Shown here: positions 37,720-52,606 of the stretch, in pieces
Numbering within the stretch: the first letter of the stretch is position 1
Layout of the letters: each line of letters opens with the position of its first letter
DNA from: Blasia pusilla
Taxonomy: Eukaryota
Reading direction: 5' to 3'
Assembly: GCA_050084515.1 (NCBI GenBank)
Contig: CM114271.1
Span: 38,254,001-38,318,000, forward strand
DNA length: 64,000 nucleotides
Program-made: the position numbers and the translations under genes
The notes under the pieces: model-generated
What the model was told of the DNA's origin: nothing
What the model saw: the letters and a program-made list of their open reading frames with translations, nothing else
Databases searched by the model: none

Positions 37720-38760
37720 GACTACAAGGGTTTGAATATTCCTTGTTATTGTATTGCAAATATATTTTTTCCAAAAGTGGCTAATTTGAAAGACCATTTG
37801 GAGTTGACTTTTCTTGTCTACTTTATGTGACTCCCCATAGCTTCGCAAGTCACCATTGGTTTGCGAGTTTGGATAATCGATTGTCGTTGCAATGACTTGC
37901 ATTAAGATTGCAATCAACTCGCAAACATGGGTGTGAGCTAGACTCGCACTTTGCGAGTTTGGGGATTCTTGTTTGATTTGCACAAGACCAAAACTTCCAA
38001 GTCAATCTGCAAGTGGAAGGATTTGTAGAGTGTGAGTTTTTTGTATGTCTTGAAACTCGCAAAGAGTAATTTTCTGGTCCCAAAACCAAAATCTTGACCA
38101 TAAGATTTCTTGTCGCCTCCTAATCGCATTGCTTTTGCTATTCCTCCTAACTTTCCAAGACTCCTCTCCCCATTTTGCCACTAGTTTCTTTCTATAGTGG
38201 AGGTAGGTCTTGAGTTTTTTGGGTAGAGTTTTTTTAAGGTCAAAGGACATATAGATGAATGAAGTTCATAGAAGTTTTTTTGCAAAATTTTTCATTCTAA
38301 ACTATAAGAAATTGAGGAGAAAAAAATTTTAAGCCATCCCTTAGAAAAGTTAGGATTTAAATCCCCCTTGAAAAAGTGGTTCATAGATCCAAAAATTAAC
38401 TCTAAACTAAGCTAGAAAAAACTCGTTTGCAAGTGCCAAAAACCACTACTTTACAAGTCCTTTACAAGTCCAAAACTACTACTTAAACTTGCAAGAAACC
38501 ATGGTCTGGCCTTATTATTTTGCAAGTCAATTGCGACTCAATTTTTACAACTTATTTGCAACTACACAGACTCACAAGCATATGCAAATGCAACACAAAC
38601 CTACAAGTCATAAGTGAGTTCCATGTGAGTGTTTTGCATTTGAACCGTGGATGACTTGCTAGTGTAATAAGATGGATCTTCCGAGTCGCGTTGCAATGGA
38701 AATTGGATCACAAATTGCAAATCCATTGCAAGCATGGGATCCACAAATTTTTTAGTCCGG
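37720..38760 (+). mobile_element. CACTA-like terminal segment (copy 2)
   Basis: Starts GACTACAAGGGTTT; many TTGCAAGT/GACTCGCA motifs; inverted relative to copy 1. Confidence 0.5.
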
Positions 38761-41355
38761 TGAAATTATACTGCAGCTCCCAAGACTCGCAAACTTGTTT
38801 CGAACATAGTAATGAACGACGCAATCTCAACTAGAGTTGGCCAACAAATCATGATAGAAGTCTCCATTGCATAGGATGTTTGTTTTTCCCTTCGATATAC
38901 TCCTTGCACTTTGGAGTCTGGACCAAACTTATCTCTCTCCCTTATTTCTAACGTATCTACATCTATTGTGGAGGTAAAGAAACATCCCTCGTACATACAC
39001 TAGTAACAATATGCTACAGATTATATTATAGTGGACACACTCAACCAATTTAAACATGGTGGCCAATGGAGGTTCCATCCGCATCATTGTCAAGTAGCTC
39101 TCATGCAACTTATGTTAGAACTACACACTGAATTACACACCAATGGCGGACTTCCTATGTCATTGTAATCCCCTCTATCATCGATCAAGTTTCTCATGCA
39201 ATTACAAGCCCAGACCTAGGGTCTCATGAATTCAAAGCCCATGTCAAGACCCTTATGTAAAGACTCTGAAATTTAACAACGTACACCCCTTAATACCCCC
39301 TTCTCAAATCATGGTGGTCTCATTGGACCGATGTAGGGTCATTCCTAACATTTCTATAGATTCTTTCCATCATCTCATAGAATTTGAATTTTGAACTAGT
39401 ACTGTTATTGTCCCCACTAAGAACAAAAGCAGATGTGAGGAGACAAGATTTCTCAACATATCAATTTCCATCTCATGGAGACTCCAAAACTCACTATACT
39501 AGTCCTTAGGTAATCCATTGAGGTGTTAGTATACCTTCTACATACCAAAAGAGTATAAAGAATGTTGTTTATCCAACTATCTAAATCTACATGTTACACC
39601 AAGCTTTAAATTCACAAGTGAAGGCGTCAAGCTCAATCTTAGCAGCATTCACCCTATTATTACCATGACTGACTCAATTCTTCAAACCCCACTACCAATT
39701 CTAGGTCTTCAAGGGATAAATAAGTACATTATCAACCTTACACATCCACTACTCTTGAATTGGCATGTTGACTTTTCTTTGTTCTCTAATCTAAACTTGC
39801 AGGCAGTCATGAGTGGCATGCAGGATGCAAGAATTGATTTTCCCTCTCAAGTTCATTGGGTTACATGCACTTGAGTTCATCTATGGTGACATCGGTGGAC
39901 CTGTGTGCTCAAATGGCCTTATGTGCATCTAGGAAGATGACTATTCACGGCTTCCCCTTACTTTCACTTTTTCTTTTGGTGGTGTCTTTGCTCAACCTTA
40001 TTTTCTATGGTTGGGTCTATTCACATATTTTAATCATAATAAAAACTGTCTATGTGGGAAGGAACAATTTGAGATATGCACTCCGGATAATATCAAGTCT
40101 CTCTCATGGCTTCCTAATTTGGAAATTGGAGTATGCTTGAAACAAATGTATCTACTCTGCTCCACAGACAGTAACATGATCACTAGATCTTTTGTGAACC
40201 TTGCTTATCGACTTGGAAGCTAAATTCAGTTCTATTTTAGAGAGTAAATAGGTCTTCTACATCCACTTTTCATCACAATTACCTGTGCGCAACTCTATTA
40301 GGAGAATGCAAACTTCAGTCCTCATGCCAGATCTTAAGTAAACCTAAAATGTAGACCTCTTCAACAGCATGATGGGTACAACAGTATTAAGACTCATCGA
40401 TCCGATATTGTGGGCATTTCTTATCTCTACAAGCTCGTTCCAGATGGGCAGAAGCCAAGGACAAACAAACAACATGAGAATTTCAACTTAGACTTCAAAA
40501 CTAAACTTTCAGTAGTTAAGGAGAACAGCATTCCTGCATTGGGAGAACCCCTGGAAATTGTAGCAGTTGCAAGTACGTACCTCAAACATTTGTATCTATC
40601 AAGCGCATACCTCATCTAGAATGTGCTGAATGTTTCTCTTGCACTCATCATGCTCAAAGCATAAAGAGAACATTTACAAAACTCCAGGCACCCACCATAG
40701 TGGCAGTTGGAGAAGGGTTGGAAAACTTTTGTGGGAGAATCGCCATAATCAAGTTGATCCATTCAAAATTGTACAACGTTTGAGTTCCTGAAATCATGTA
40801 CAAAATAGCTTGCTACCTACTGTCCACCTATGCAGAAAATAAATCAAGCATCCCCTTAATAAAGAATGTACCAAACAGGATTCGGTGAGAATATTATTTG
40901 AATTGTTGGCACCTGAATGCACCCCTCTGAGGATCCAGTTATTCAGAACCTGAAACTCTCAATCATCTTACTAGGAGTCAATCAGGACATCAAAGACATA
41001 GTTGCACGTAGCTGGCAGAAAGAGGGATGGAACACTCAGATTGGACAACCTCTCCTGGAATTACTGTCCAGAAGGATACATTGAAAAAAATCAAAATTAG
41101 CATGAGACATGTTTTGATGACTGCTTCTGCCCTGGATTCTCTCAGAACCACAACATGACCTCTGGCAACACACCACATAATCTTGGGCGGACAGTGAAGT
41201 CATGGAGACTAATGCCCACATTGCTTGGTAAGTTGATGTAGCCTTCAACTTCTAGGAGCTGGCATCAAAATTACTTTTGAGAACCTACTTCAACAAAAAG
41301 AATGGGTAATATGATGGTAAATTTCTGTAAAGCAACTAATGTACATGTACATAGT

Positions 41356-44300
41356 TCAACTGCCAATATACCCAAGTCGGTGCAGAATAATGGCAATAAC
41401 AAGCAGGACAATCGCTAAGATTAGGCCAGGTCTTCCCAGCATCCAGTTCTTTGCCTGTCTTGCCTTTTCAGCCACTTGTTGGGCACGTTCTGCCCAGCGC
41501 ATCTGTGACAGGTTTCCAAACAACTCATATTAACTTTTTGTTTCATAGCACCTTACAAAATGTTTGTACCGACTATATATTGCTTGCAAAAAGCCCATGA
41601 ATCCGAGACCATAGACACTACCTGATTGTTATCAATATTACCACCTGTTTATTCAAACAACTTGAGAGACTAAGAATATCATGATTGAAAAACTTACAAT
41701 TTTATCAAGATCATCTGGACTAAGATTTGCCATAGCTTTCTGCGCTTGAGCTGCCTCCTCTGGAGAAAGCTTCAGACCTAGTTGCTCACTCATACTTGCC
41801 ATGGTCTCTGGTGTCATACTTTTCACCATAGATGCCATCATCTGCTCCAAACAAAATATGCATTCAGCAAGGAGTGTACATCTCCTAAAGCTCGATAGTT
41901 GTCTCATTATGCCTATTTTGAACTATACATTTTCATTTTATTTTTATTTTAAATTGTAAACCAGCTAAGGATGCCGTCAGCAACTCTTCCTCTTCTGAAG
42001 GTGTATTCAAACTAGACTACAAAGCTAAGAAGCCTCCACGACTAAAAACCTTCAGCCTGAACTGATCTTTCAAGAAATGTTTCCCCGTTTGACAGAACAA
42101 AGACATCTGAATAACCTTCAAGAGAAAAAACAGAAACACTCTATTTTTCATTTTGATGACAGCTCATTTAATCTCTAGAGAGTTAATTTCTCTAGGAACA
42201 AAGATAATTTTTCAAGCTTCAGTGTGCAAATGAAGCCAATGCCATCACCTCCACAACTGGAACTTTCGACAGTACATACATATTTAAGACTGATCAAAAG
42301 TCCTTACTTTTTCTTGAAAACAACATTTCAAGAATCACAATCCGCTATTCTTGAAATGAACGACTGCCCTTGAAGATAACTTATAGACATACCAGCTATA
42401 AGCCTAGTGGAGCCTTCATGTTCCACTGTTTACCTGCTTAACAGCTGGATCCTTCATTTGTTGACGCACTTGTTCTTGCATTTCAGGACTGAAGTCAGCC
42501 ATACTTGGCATGCCCTCACCAGAATTCATCCCCCTGGAACGTTGACTCAGACTTGAAGTGCTTGGTCTATTCCCTGGCCCTGACCCAGCAGCAAGTGTAT
42601 TGTCTGTTGAAGTTGGAGCTGTTTCTGAAACTGAAGATTGTCTGGTGACTCCAGATTGATCTGTCCTAACACGCCTTCCATCCTGGGGTTGGAACTGGCT
42701 TGCCATAGTCACCATTCTTTCAAGATCATCTGGTGACAGGTTCTTGACCATGTCTGCTGCCATCTTTGCCATGTCAGAAGTCATCCCACCACCACTGAGC
42801 GCAGCTATATGTTCAGGATCCAGGGTCGACATCATGGTGTGCATACTTCTGCAGTAGGCAATCAGAACCATTCTGAGCGGGTCATTAAAATCCACCACAC
42901 TACTAGATAAATCTTTGACAGGACCGCTCCCCCACACACATAATCATTTCTTCTAGTGTGGCACAATTTGGCAACTTGCATATACTCCTGATATGTCCAA
43001 TAAACATTTCAATCCACCATCTGTATACGAAAGCGATACCTCAGCATTTCCGGATTTTGGGTCAAAGCACTCAAGCTGTCTCCCATTCCGCTCTCAGTTG
43101 GTAGTGAAGACATTTCAGGACTACTTGAAGAAGCATAATCGCCATTCCTGTTAATATTTTCTCTGCCAGTATTTGGTAACGAATTGGAAGTATTTTGTAC
43201 TCTAGATGCAAGATTTTCAGCACCATCTTCAGTAATTTCCTCAATAAATGGCCCTGAACATCAATTCCAAAATGAGTGACAGTTCATCCACAAGGAGCTA
43301 TCTGTTCAAATGCTTCTATGATGTACAGTCTCAAAAGCTCAAGAGAAAGGTATCATAATTCTCTTTACCCCTTGGGCTATTGAAGCGCGATGGTAGAAAG
43401 TAAGGCAGTTACTCCCAAAATCCTCATTCAACGGCCTGAAAAACGTGTATGTCACATTGAAAAGCGTCTGAGTACATTTTAGGAGTGCTCTGAGGTGTAG
43501 AGGTGAGTTTCCATACCATCTGTGAGCAGATCTTCCTGTCCACCCTCTTTCTCCAAGTCCTCTCTTGCTTGCCTAATTCATATCCAGACACAGCATTAAT
43601 TAATTAATTTCTTGTCTCATTACTGACGACTATGACTTTAAAGAAAAATAGTCAAGCTTGAAATGCAGTTCTTGCAATCCTAAACTTTCAATCTTTTTTC
43701 ACTCCGGAATAGCAGAATGATGAGTGACAAAGTAGAAAGGTAAACCCGAGGAAGCACGAGACATTAACCATCACAGATGAAAGCTTTGTGAAGGATGCTG
43801 ACATAGAGGCAAGGAGAAAGGTACAGACAGGAGCAACACATGAACAAAAAGGAATCAGGAGAATTATCAAGAGAACCAAGTGGTTCTGAACTAATGATTG
43901 GAAAGCAGGAGGTGATAATGGGGCTCACATAATAGATGGAAGAAAGTGAATTTTTAATGAGGCTTTGTCAAAAACAGTTCCAAAAGAAAAGCACAAATAC
44001 TTTGGATCCAAAAAATGAAGACCGGAAATCAGAAACGGGATGGTGTACTTGCAAAAGGATATATATGGAGAATGTTCTGTTCACAGAACCCTTGATCCTG
44101 GCGGCAAGGAGCCTTCCAACCAGAACCCTGAAGTATTTCAAACTCATAAATATCCCTGGTAACCATTGTTTGTAAGACATGGACAAACTCTGGTGCATGG
44201 TTTCCTTCTTGCAATTAATGACTGATACTTTTCCAAGTTGTCCCACCTCAATCGCCTGCATTACAGTCAGCACCTTTGCACCCTACTCTCGCTATCATTT

Positions 44301-47300
44301 TGTAGTCTTTTCATTAAGCAGCAAAGATCAATATATACCTTAAAACATCTCCAATTGTTTCATCCTCGGGAGAGATCTGAGCAGCATTTCTCAAGTCTGT
44401 GACAGCTAACTGTAGAAGGACAAAGAAAACAACCAGGTCATTGGGCTACCCAAGCAGAAATACCAGTGCCAATTTTTGGCCACATGAACAGTCAAACTCA
44501 AAACTTCAAGAGTCTTAGCAGTTGTATTTATCACTGATCAAAAATTTGTGGTTTCAAGCACCTTTCTCAATTCTGCTCTGAAAATTAAGTGATATTGCAT
44601 TTGAGTAAAATGTCAGATGACAAAGAAACTAGACAACATACACAATACCATTATCAAGCCATTCAAGAAGTTCTGGTACATCCTATAAAACCAAGCTTTC
44701 ACCCCTGACCATCATGGACATTTGCAGACTGTAAAACCAATTGATGAACATTTCATTGCTCAGGATTGAGAAAATGCTGACCTTGAAGTTTCTAATTTCT
44801 TTGTAAGCTTGACCTCTACGATACAGAGCTTTGAGATTGCGAGGATCTCCTTTAAGAATCTGGTCAACATAAAGTTCCAATCTTTCATTGACAAGCATGT
44901 GACCTGAAAAAAATTTACATGGTTGAATCTAATTATTCAAGAAAAAATCCTGGAGTAGACAACCACAGCAAAGACAGGATAGCATCATGGGAAAGCCAAT
45001 AATGTGAGGGTAAAACCTCAAACTGCTGATGGTGGACAGGTATACACAATGTGACCCACCTCTGTGCCTTCCACGATGACTTCTTGGTACTGGTTGGTTT
45101 TCAAATAACATGACATAAGATTGAGAGAGCATGTCAACTGCAGATTCCTAGCCTCTGGCGTCATAATGCTTAAAAGGTTGTTTTTTGCCTGTCACAATCC
45201 CAGAGAAAACTGATCAAAAAGGACACAACGGTACACTTCTGTGACTAACTTTTGTCACACGAGATAAGCCTGCCTGGCAAATTGAAGTCATCTTCTTGTC
45301 AACTGGCTACCCAGTTCACCTGTGGAAGGGGTGGTGAAATACACCAGCACAAGAACACACATTTTCAGCCTATAGAAACCATCCAAAGTTAACTTCCAGA
45401 CCACAGTTCCCTTTCAGGTCAAGAGACTAAGAACCATGTGCAGTTGAATGAGATATCATGATTCAAACTTCTGTTGGTTGATACAAATAATCAGCACAAA
45501 CACCAAACTCTTCAACTTGTGTAATCATTTAAAAATGACCGGAGTTCTCAAACTTGCCATTAGGAAATGATTCATTACTCAGCCATTGCTCATGTGCAGA
45601 GGGTTGCCAAGATTCACTCTACCAGAAACATAGATATCCAGGAGATGCCATGATTTCTTTCCACAAAACTAATCTGAAGCTCAATGTTCCAAGTCATCAA
45701 AAGTGGTTCAATTGTACTCATGAAAAACTCTACAACATGCTTACCCGCAGATATTTTTCTGCTGCTTCACAAAACTTTCCAATGCCATGGAGCTGATTGC
45801 CCTGTTGAGATAAAACAAAGAAAACAAATGAACAGGCCCTTGGGGCACCATGCTTGTAGATGAATATGTTGCTAAGCCACATCACTTCAAAAGCAGGTTT
45901 TCATCATGAACTTCCTCAGTATCAATATCTAAGAAGTCAGGCTACCAACAAAATTTACAGACGAGAATTGTAATCAAGACCTATCTTACCTGCTTTTTCA
46001 GGCTTAAGGCCGCTTGATATTCATATGAACGCTGAGCTTCATTCCGGGCCCTCATTGCAGCGATCTCCTCAGGGGAAGCTTGGGCCATACGAGAACTCAG
46101 GTCAGCAATCTCCTCAGGGGGCACATGCTTCATTTGTTCAGCGGCCATTCGCAGATCCTCTGGTCTTAAGTTCTTCATTCCCTCCGAAGCCATGCGTAGT
46201 AAATCCGGATTGCTCAGCATCTGCAACCATTCTCTTGGACACTCCATCAGTTTGACACCCTCCACAACTATGCAGCAACACAAAATGGCAAGACATGTAC
46301 AATATTATGAAACTAAACCCTGCAAGTAATGTCAATTTTGGATGCAGAGGATGACAAAGAAAACCTCTTAGAATGTAAACTTACAGCTGCACATCAATTT
46401 AATCCTTGTTACATTCAACACTCTCCAGGCCTGTAGTTCTAGGAAATAACTGGGTAAGCATGTTGTGCAGGGCCATTTACCCAAGCTTACAAGTTGACAT
46501 TGTTAAATTTGAATAAGTTCACTTTTTTGACCATCCTCTCACAATTCTATGGATGGTGGACCACCCATGCACCATACAGACTTGAAAAAAAAACCCTGCC
46601 ACTCTCACTTCCTCTGTATGACAGACAAGCATTTCTGAAAATCGCAATACATTTAGCCCGTGCTCAAGCAGAAATGTGTGCTAGAAATAAAAACACAATT
46701 TCCTACTCACAGTATTAACTTTGGTTTCAAACAGTGCCAAACAGCAGGTCCTCCCATGTCGCAATGCAATCCACCAAAACCATTACTTTTATGTAGCTGA
46801 AGAAAGTTCAATAGCATCAATATCATGCCTTCAAAAAACTTACCTGAGGTGGACAACATTTTGAGTGGAACCATGGCTGACAAATTAAATGTAAAACCTA
46901 CTGTGGCTCCGGAGAATCACCCACAGTAGAGCTGTCTTTGATGTGAATCCATATTCAAAATCTACACTGGTACATGCCAGGTTTAATTTAGCGTCCGGAA
47001 AATATGGACCTGGGCACTATCCAAAAGTTCTCAATCTTCTTGTTCTTTGCAGTTTGATAGCTTCATGAAAAAAAACCTTACGAGTCCACTATTTGGCAAT
47101 TGAGCTTCCAAAAAAACTATCATGGATATATTCCAATTTGTCAGAGCTACAATTTTAAGGCTCCTGAACCTTAAATCAGAATGTATCCTTCTTTTTTTGT
47201 TCTCCAAGCTCACTAATCGCCTGGATAAACAGAATCAAAACTACTGCAGGCCCTTCACACTGGCGAGTTCACCCTTCTGACTCAGCCCTGTGATCTTCTT

Positions 47301-48196
47301 GCAGAGATGGCCTGGAACTTTGATACTCAAGGAGCTCAGGGAGTCTCAGTGAAAGTAGGTAGGGATGATTTTCGCAGAAAGAAGATTTCTCAACTCTTGC
47401 GAAAGATGGTTAGTTGCAAGATATAGGAGCTAGTATGTTGAGAACTTATCTGCTAAACTTTTTGGCTGTAAAATCTGATAAGTACGTCTGTGAGAACGCG
47501 CCAACGTTGACAAAAATCAAACTTAAAGCCATTGCCTCTCGAGTAAGGATAATTCCCGCCAAGAAAGTAGACTTGTACCTTTGGTCCTCGAAAAGCCTCC
47601 ATGAGTGAGACTTTCCATTCTTAGAGCTGTAGTCCACCTATAACCTCCACAATAGTAGACGGTGATCAAGTTCAGCTAGCGATCGAGATAGATGAATTGC
47701 TGATCTCGCAAAGAGGAAAGTGTCTCCTCAAATGGAGACCTGGAGGAACCTCCGGAAAGGCTGCAATGACGTGATCGATTGAAGAACCCACTCCATGAAC
47801 CGAGATACTAAGGCATAGATCCAACATATTCCTCCTCTACTCCCTATTCTTATGTAAAATAGGGTACTACTTAGAACGATTGGGACGGTGTTCTCCCCCC
47901 TCTACATTCATAGCCATACATTGGCGCACACAGCGATGACAAGGAAGAAAGAGGAGAGAGAAAAACCGAAGCCGGCGGTGGAACAGATGGATGGTGTTAA
48001 GTCCATTCAGGATTTTGCCAAGGCTTGGAAAAGCGGGGAAAGCGGGAACAAGGATACATAAATTTGGTGAGTGATCAGGAGAGTAGGCCGAAAACGTGAC
48101 CTGCTGTTGCATTTTTCGTAGATCTTCAGGTCTCATCCGGCTCATTTGCTCCTGAGCTAGCCTCATCATTTCCGGATCCATCATTCCCCCAAACAT
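41356..48196 (-). CDS. OEP61: Outer envelope protein 61-like TPR-domain, tail-anchored chaperone receptor; 11 exons, 545 aa, intact
   Basis: Exons (minus): 48196-48101, 46220-45990, 45801-45745, 45188-45060, 44859-44782, 44409-44339, 43572-43517, 43253-43040, 42848-42434, 41841-41698, 41502-41356. All introns GT-AG and phases consistent. N-terminus [24 protein letters not shown] clamp [43 protein letters not shown]-terminal [25 protein letters not shown]. Confidence 0.95.
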
Positions 48197-49405
48197 TCTA
48201 CCGCCTGCCTGCCCGCCCGCGTTTGCTTTTCCCTCCTCTCCCGCTGCGTATCCCAACGTTCGGAGCCTCAACTCCTCAGATCACTACTTTCCAAAAAAAC
48301 CAGCAATCTGTCTGCATCGGCAGAACGATCGCACCTCCTGTTTCTCCTCCCTCCGCCTGTGAGCCGATGATGAAACTCCTCAACGCCGACCGGGAAAATT
48401 TCGACGCGTCAACACGCCCTCGCCTTTCCTTTCCGCAAACGCTGCAGCAAAAAGCACGCCGTGTCGCAAATTGACAAGGGAAAAATATCTCGGGCCAGGC
48501 GAAATATTTTCATAACAATCACACCAGCGATCCGCCGCAGCAGTTTCCCGGAACCAAAATTGGAGGCGAAATTTAAACGATTGAAACGCGGATGAACGAA
48601 TCGTCTCTCGTCCCGGGAACACAAGGTTTCCAATGGCAGTGGGCATTTGACCATCGTAGATCCAAAGTCCCAATAGTGTATGGAGTAGGCCCTCCTTCGA
48701 TTAGTAACCCCTGGTTACAGTGTCGGGTTCGCTGCCACCAAGCGTGGTTGGTGTAGAACGACCACAGTTTCCTCCCGAAGCACACCATAGTGGAGACCTT
48801 ATGGAACCGTGGTTGGCCTCACGGGCGCTGTGGTGACCCAACCCGACTCCTAGAAGAAGCCTTGGCAGCCTTGGCTTCTACCATGGTTAGCTGACCCGTG
48901 AGGTCTCGCATGTACCGCATGTATGATGTACGTCATTGCCAAGAATATGGTGGATCTGGCGTAGCCCGAGTTAGCGTACGGTGTCCGTGATCCATTACTG
49001 GCTGCCGCCGGTAATCCACGCACCGTTGCAGGTGACACTCCGAACAAGTGGGAGTGAGGCGTGCCGGTGCGGATTCTCACGGGTGAGTGCGAAGGTGTGA
49101 GATACGCCCTTTTTCGAACGTTGCGGGAAATGAACGGATGGAGATGTGGATCGAAGGACATGTATTATTTCAAATTCTATGTCATTTTAATAAATCCTTT
49201 TTTAATTAATGCACCAAACAAGTATTTTTAATACAGGTAAGAAATTATCAAATTGAAAATTATATTTAGAACATGATTTTACGAAAAAAAATTGGTTCCT
49301 GATGAAATACATATGGGTAAATGTGTACTCTAAATTCTTCTATATAGTTTTTATTTTGATCATAACTCCTTCATTCGTAAGATATTTCTCATGGTTTAAT
49401 TTATT

Positions 49406-50000
49406 CACTTCTAGGGATTGAGGTGATGACGCAACTCCATAGCAAGCCCTAATTTTTTTCAAGAGCGGCTACTTTGCAAGTCCATTGCGATTGCTAGCTT
49501 AAAAGTTCATTTCATGGGACTCCATTGCGGCTCCATGGAACTTTGCGAGTTGCCCTTCGTTTGCGAGTTTGGGTTGTCGTTCTATCATTGCAACTACGGT
49601 GACTCACACCAAGCTCAAAATTTACTCGCAAATGTGATTGCAAGTCAGACTCACAAATAGTGGCTTCAAGGACTCGTAATTTGCCACTTAAGAGCTCACA
49701 TTGGAGTCACATGAGACTTGCAGCTTCAGAGTCCCTCAACTTGCAAGTAGTTTTTTGCAAGTTCTTGAACCAATTTTCTGCCATAAATTCTCTTTTCGTC
49801 TCCAAACCGTTCCATTTCGCTTTTCTTCCTGACTTCCCAAGCATTGTTTCCTCACTTTGCAACTAGTTTTTTTCATAGTAGATCTAAGTATTGACATGTT
49901 TTTTTAAAGGAAATTCTTTTCCATATTGAAGAACATATAGAGGAGTGAAATTCATTCCATTACATTTTTTCCAAAATTCTGGGTTCCAAAATTTAAGAAA
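49406..50000 (+). mobile_element. CACTA-like terminal segment (copy 3), cut by the Helitron at 50000/50001
   Basis: Starts CACTTCTAGGGATT (12/14 identical to the copy 1 terminus). Ends AAGAAA where copy 2 continues AAGAAA|TTGAG, i.e. an A|T Helitron target. Confidence 0.6.
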
Positions 50001-52606
50001 CTAGTGTTTAGCTTGTGCCATGTACGAGAGTGAAAAAAAATTTTATGTTGTACACAAATTCAAAAAAAAAAATCTTGTTGCGTAGTTGCCATATATTAAG
50101 TAAACATGTGTTTGCAAATCAAGTAGCCACTCTCTAATAATAATATAGATTGGATGTGGAAATAGAAGAATGCAAAACATCTCCCATCTAACACCATAGA
50201 TTGAAAGGAATCTCCCCCCCCCACCAACACCTCTATTCCTGTTGTGTAAATAACCCGTAATTCATGTCCTTGCTTTTGAGCCCCAAAAGCCCCTTTCTAA
50301 TGTAGAAACTAGTGTTCAACCTGTGCCATGCACGAGAGTGAAAAACTAACCATGTTGTACAAAAATTCCAAAAAAATGTTCTTGCTGCCTAGTTGCCGCA
50401 TCGCGAGCAGACATGTGTTTGCAAATCAAGAAGGTACTCTCCAATAATAATATAGACTAGTAAGATGCATGTGCAATGCACAAGTGCATTAGGGAACAAT
50501 ACGCATGGAAGAGGGAATAATACACAAACGTGGGTTTGACTTTTTTTGAATATTCTTATTTTAGTCAAGTATTTCTTTATACACCATATTTTGTGTGTAG
50601 TCACCTTCCTCATTTGAGTGTTCATCGCTTCCTATGGTAACGTGGATGGAACTTCTCTTCCCTACTCTAGATAATGCTACATACAATTGACCATGAGAAA
50701 ATACGAGAGTAGGCAAGTAAATACCAACCTTTTGCAAAGTTTGACCTTGAGACTTATTAGTAGTCATAGCAAAAGTTGGGCGAATAGGGAATTGAAACCT
50801 ACGTAAATCAAATGCCAAACCAGAATCGGATGCAATCAATGGATACGTGGAATAAAAATTCGATCTCCAACATTTTTTCCAGTGATGATTTCTGCATCTA
50901 TGCAATGTTGCATGAATCCACGAATCACCAATCTCGTCCTGTTTGCTTGTCCATATGATACGTTCATCTTTCGTAAGAGCATGACTGTTGCACCAATTTT
51001 TAAACACAAACGATGCGGAGGTAGTCTACAAGGCAAGCATGTGTTCAAAAATTTAGTTGGATAGATAGAACTCATCCTCTGATTTGGAATAGAGTCGACA
51101 CTGTGGTAAATATGCTCATGTACAAAAGATATAATAAATCAGTGAGAAAAAGTAATAGTAGTACAAAAAATTCCCAAAAGAAGGTCCCAAGCGGAAAATA
51201 TATGCACATTAGAAGGATTACCTGTCTTGGTAACCGAGACATAACGTTTGTATAAATGTCATCAACATCTTTATTTCTTGGAGTCAAAATAGTTGTATCT
51301 CTCAAGAAACCAATGTCATGGAAGTGGCTAGTAGATATGCTATAGATCAATTCAATAAGATTGCATATCTTATAACTGTTAGTAATAATTTCATATGGTA
51401 ATCGTATAAAGTCTTCTCCCAAATGAGGGTGCAAAGGTACATGACCCTCTCCCACTTCCAATAACCAATCAGCAAAAGCTTGTTGTTCAACATGCAAATG
51501 ACCTTCCAAACATTAAACTCGCATGTTTGTTGTCAACTTCATGAACTTTACATAAGACCAAAGAGATGGTCTCTTTATAGTGGCTTGTATGATTTGGGGT
51601 CAATCCCCATGATGAACAACAGGCAACACTTGACGTAAGTCACCACCAAATATTATAAGTTTTCTGCCAAATTGTAGTTATCGTAGATCATCTGAAACCA
51701 CTCCCATAATATCTTGTATAAGTACGATTAACTGCCTCAAATGCATGACGATGAGTTATAGGTGCTTCATCCCATGTAATGAGTATTGCGTCCCGGATTA
51801 AGCGTGCTCCATCACTTTCAACTCATAAACTATAAATGATAGAAGGAAGAAAATTAGAATTGTAACACTTGAACTAATTAAATTTTATGTGTTCATAGAA
51901 TTGCATGTAAGGTAGCTAATGACACTTACTTGCATATAGAACTCTCATGAAGATTGATGGGGATCTTGAAATGCGAATGTGCAGTTGGTCCTCCATCTAA
52001 TAATATAGCAGCTATTCCGGATGATGCTACAACCAATGTTATACCTCTTGCACTCCTTATGCTTGCAAGGAGAAGATTATCTAAAAATGTCTTTCCTGTT
52101 CCCCCCGGACCATCAATGAATTTTTTTTTTGAAGATGGTGGAGCATTCATGCATATTTGATCCAGCTTCTCATGTATAGCATCCCAAATAATACCTTGTC
52201 CTTCATTCAAACATGCTTCTCCCAATTGCACTTGCTCAAATAATTCTTCTATATCATATGATAACTCTTGTTCCTCCAAATATGAATGTGAATGAAAACT
52301 TTGGAAATTAGCTTGGGGCATGTTAGTAAAGTCAGATAGTCTCTTTCCTTGATCTTATAAATAATAATGAACTTCCAACAATGCATTGTTAGTGACAACA
52401 TCATCAACATGAAGATTAGGAATTCTTGTTTTTTGCAATGAAAGAGTTTCAAAAAAATTCCAAATTATCGTTAGTTTGTTGAATGCACAAAAGAAGAGAT
52501 ATACTATTAGGAAAAAAATGAATGTTGTACAGAGTGGCACTAATGAATTCTCACATGTCGTCGTTCATATAAGAGATCTTCTAATAGTGGAAGCAAGAAT
52601 TGACTC
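50001..52606 (-). mobile_element. Helitron 3' part: degenerate intron-containing PIF1-family helicase and two tandem 3' termini
   Basis: FIDGPGGTGKTF, VASSGIAAILLDGGPTAHSHFKIP, WDEAP, GGDLRQVLPVV, QFPIRPTFAMTTNKSQGQTL..VFSHGQLYVALSRV. Hairpin (GTGCATGGCAC, with a 1-mismatch variant) plus CTAG|T ends at 50309 and 50001. Confidence 0.93.

Noticed and set aside
39280-40640. Possible minus-strand copia remnant (PPT-like TTGAGAAGGGGGTATT near 39300)
   Set aside because: No recognisable RT, RNase H or integrase motifs and no LTR pair.
47867-48271. 134-aa single-exon ORF
   Set aside because: Only 48101-48196 is coding (OEP61 exon 1); the rest is 5' UTR and intron read-through.
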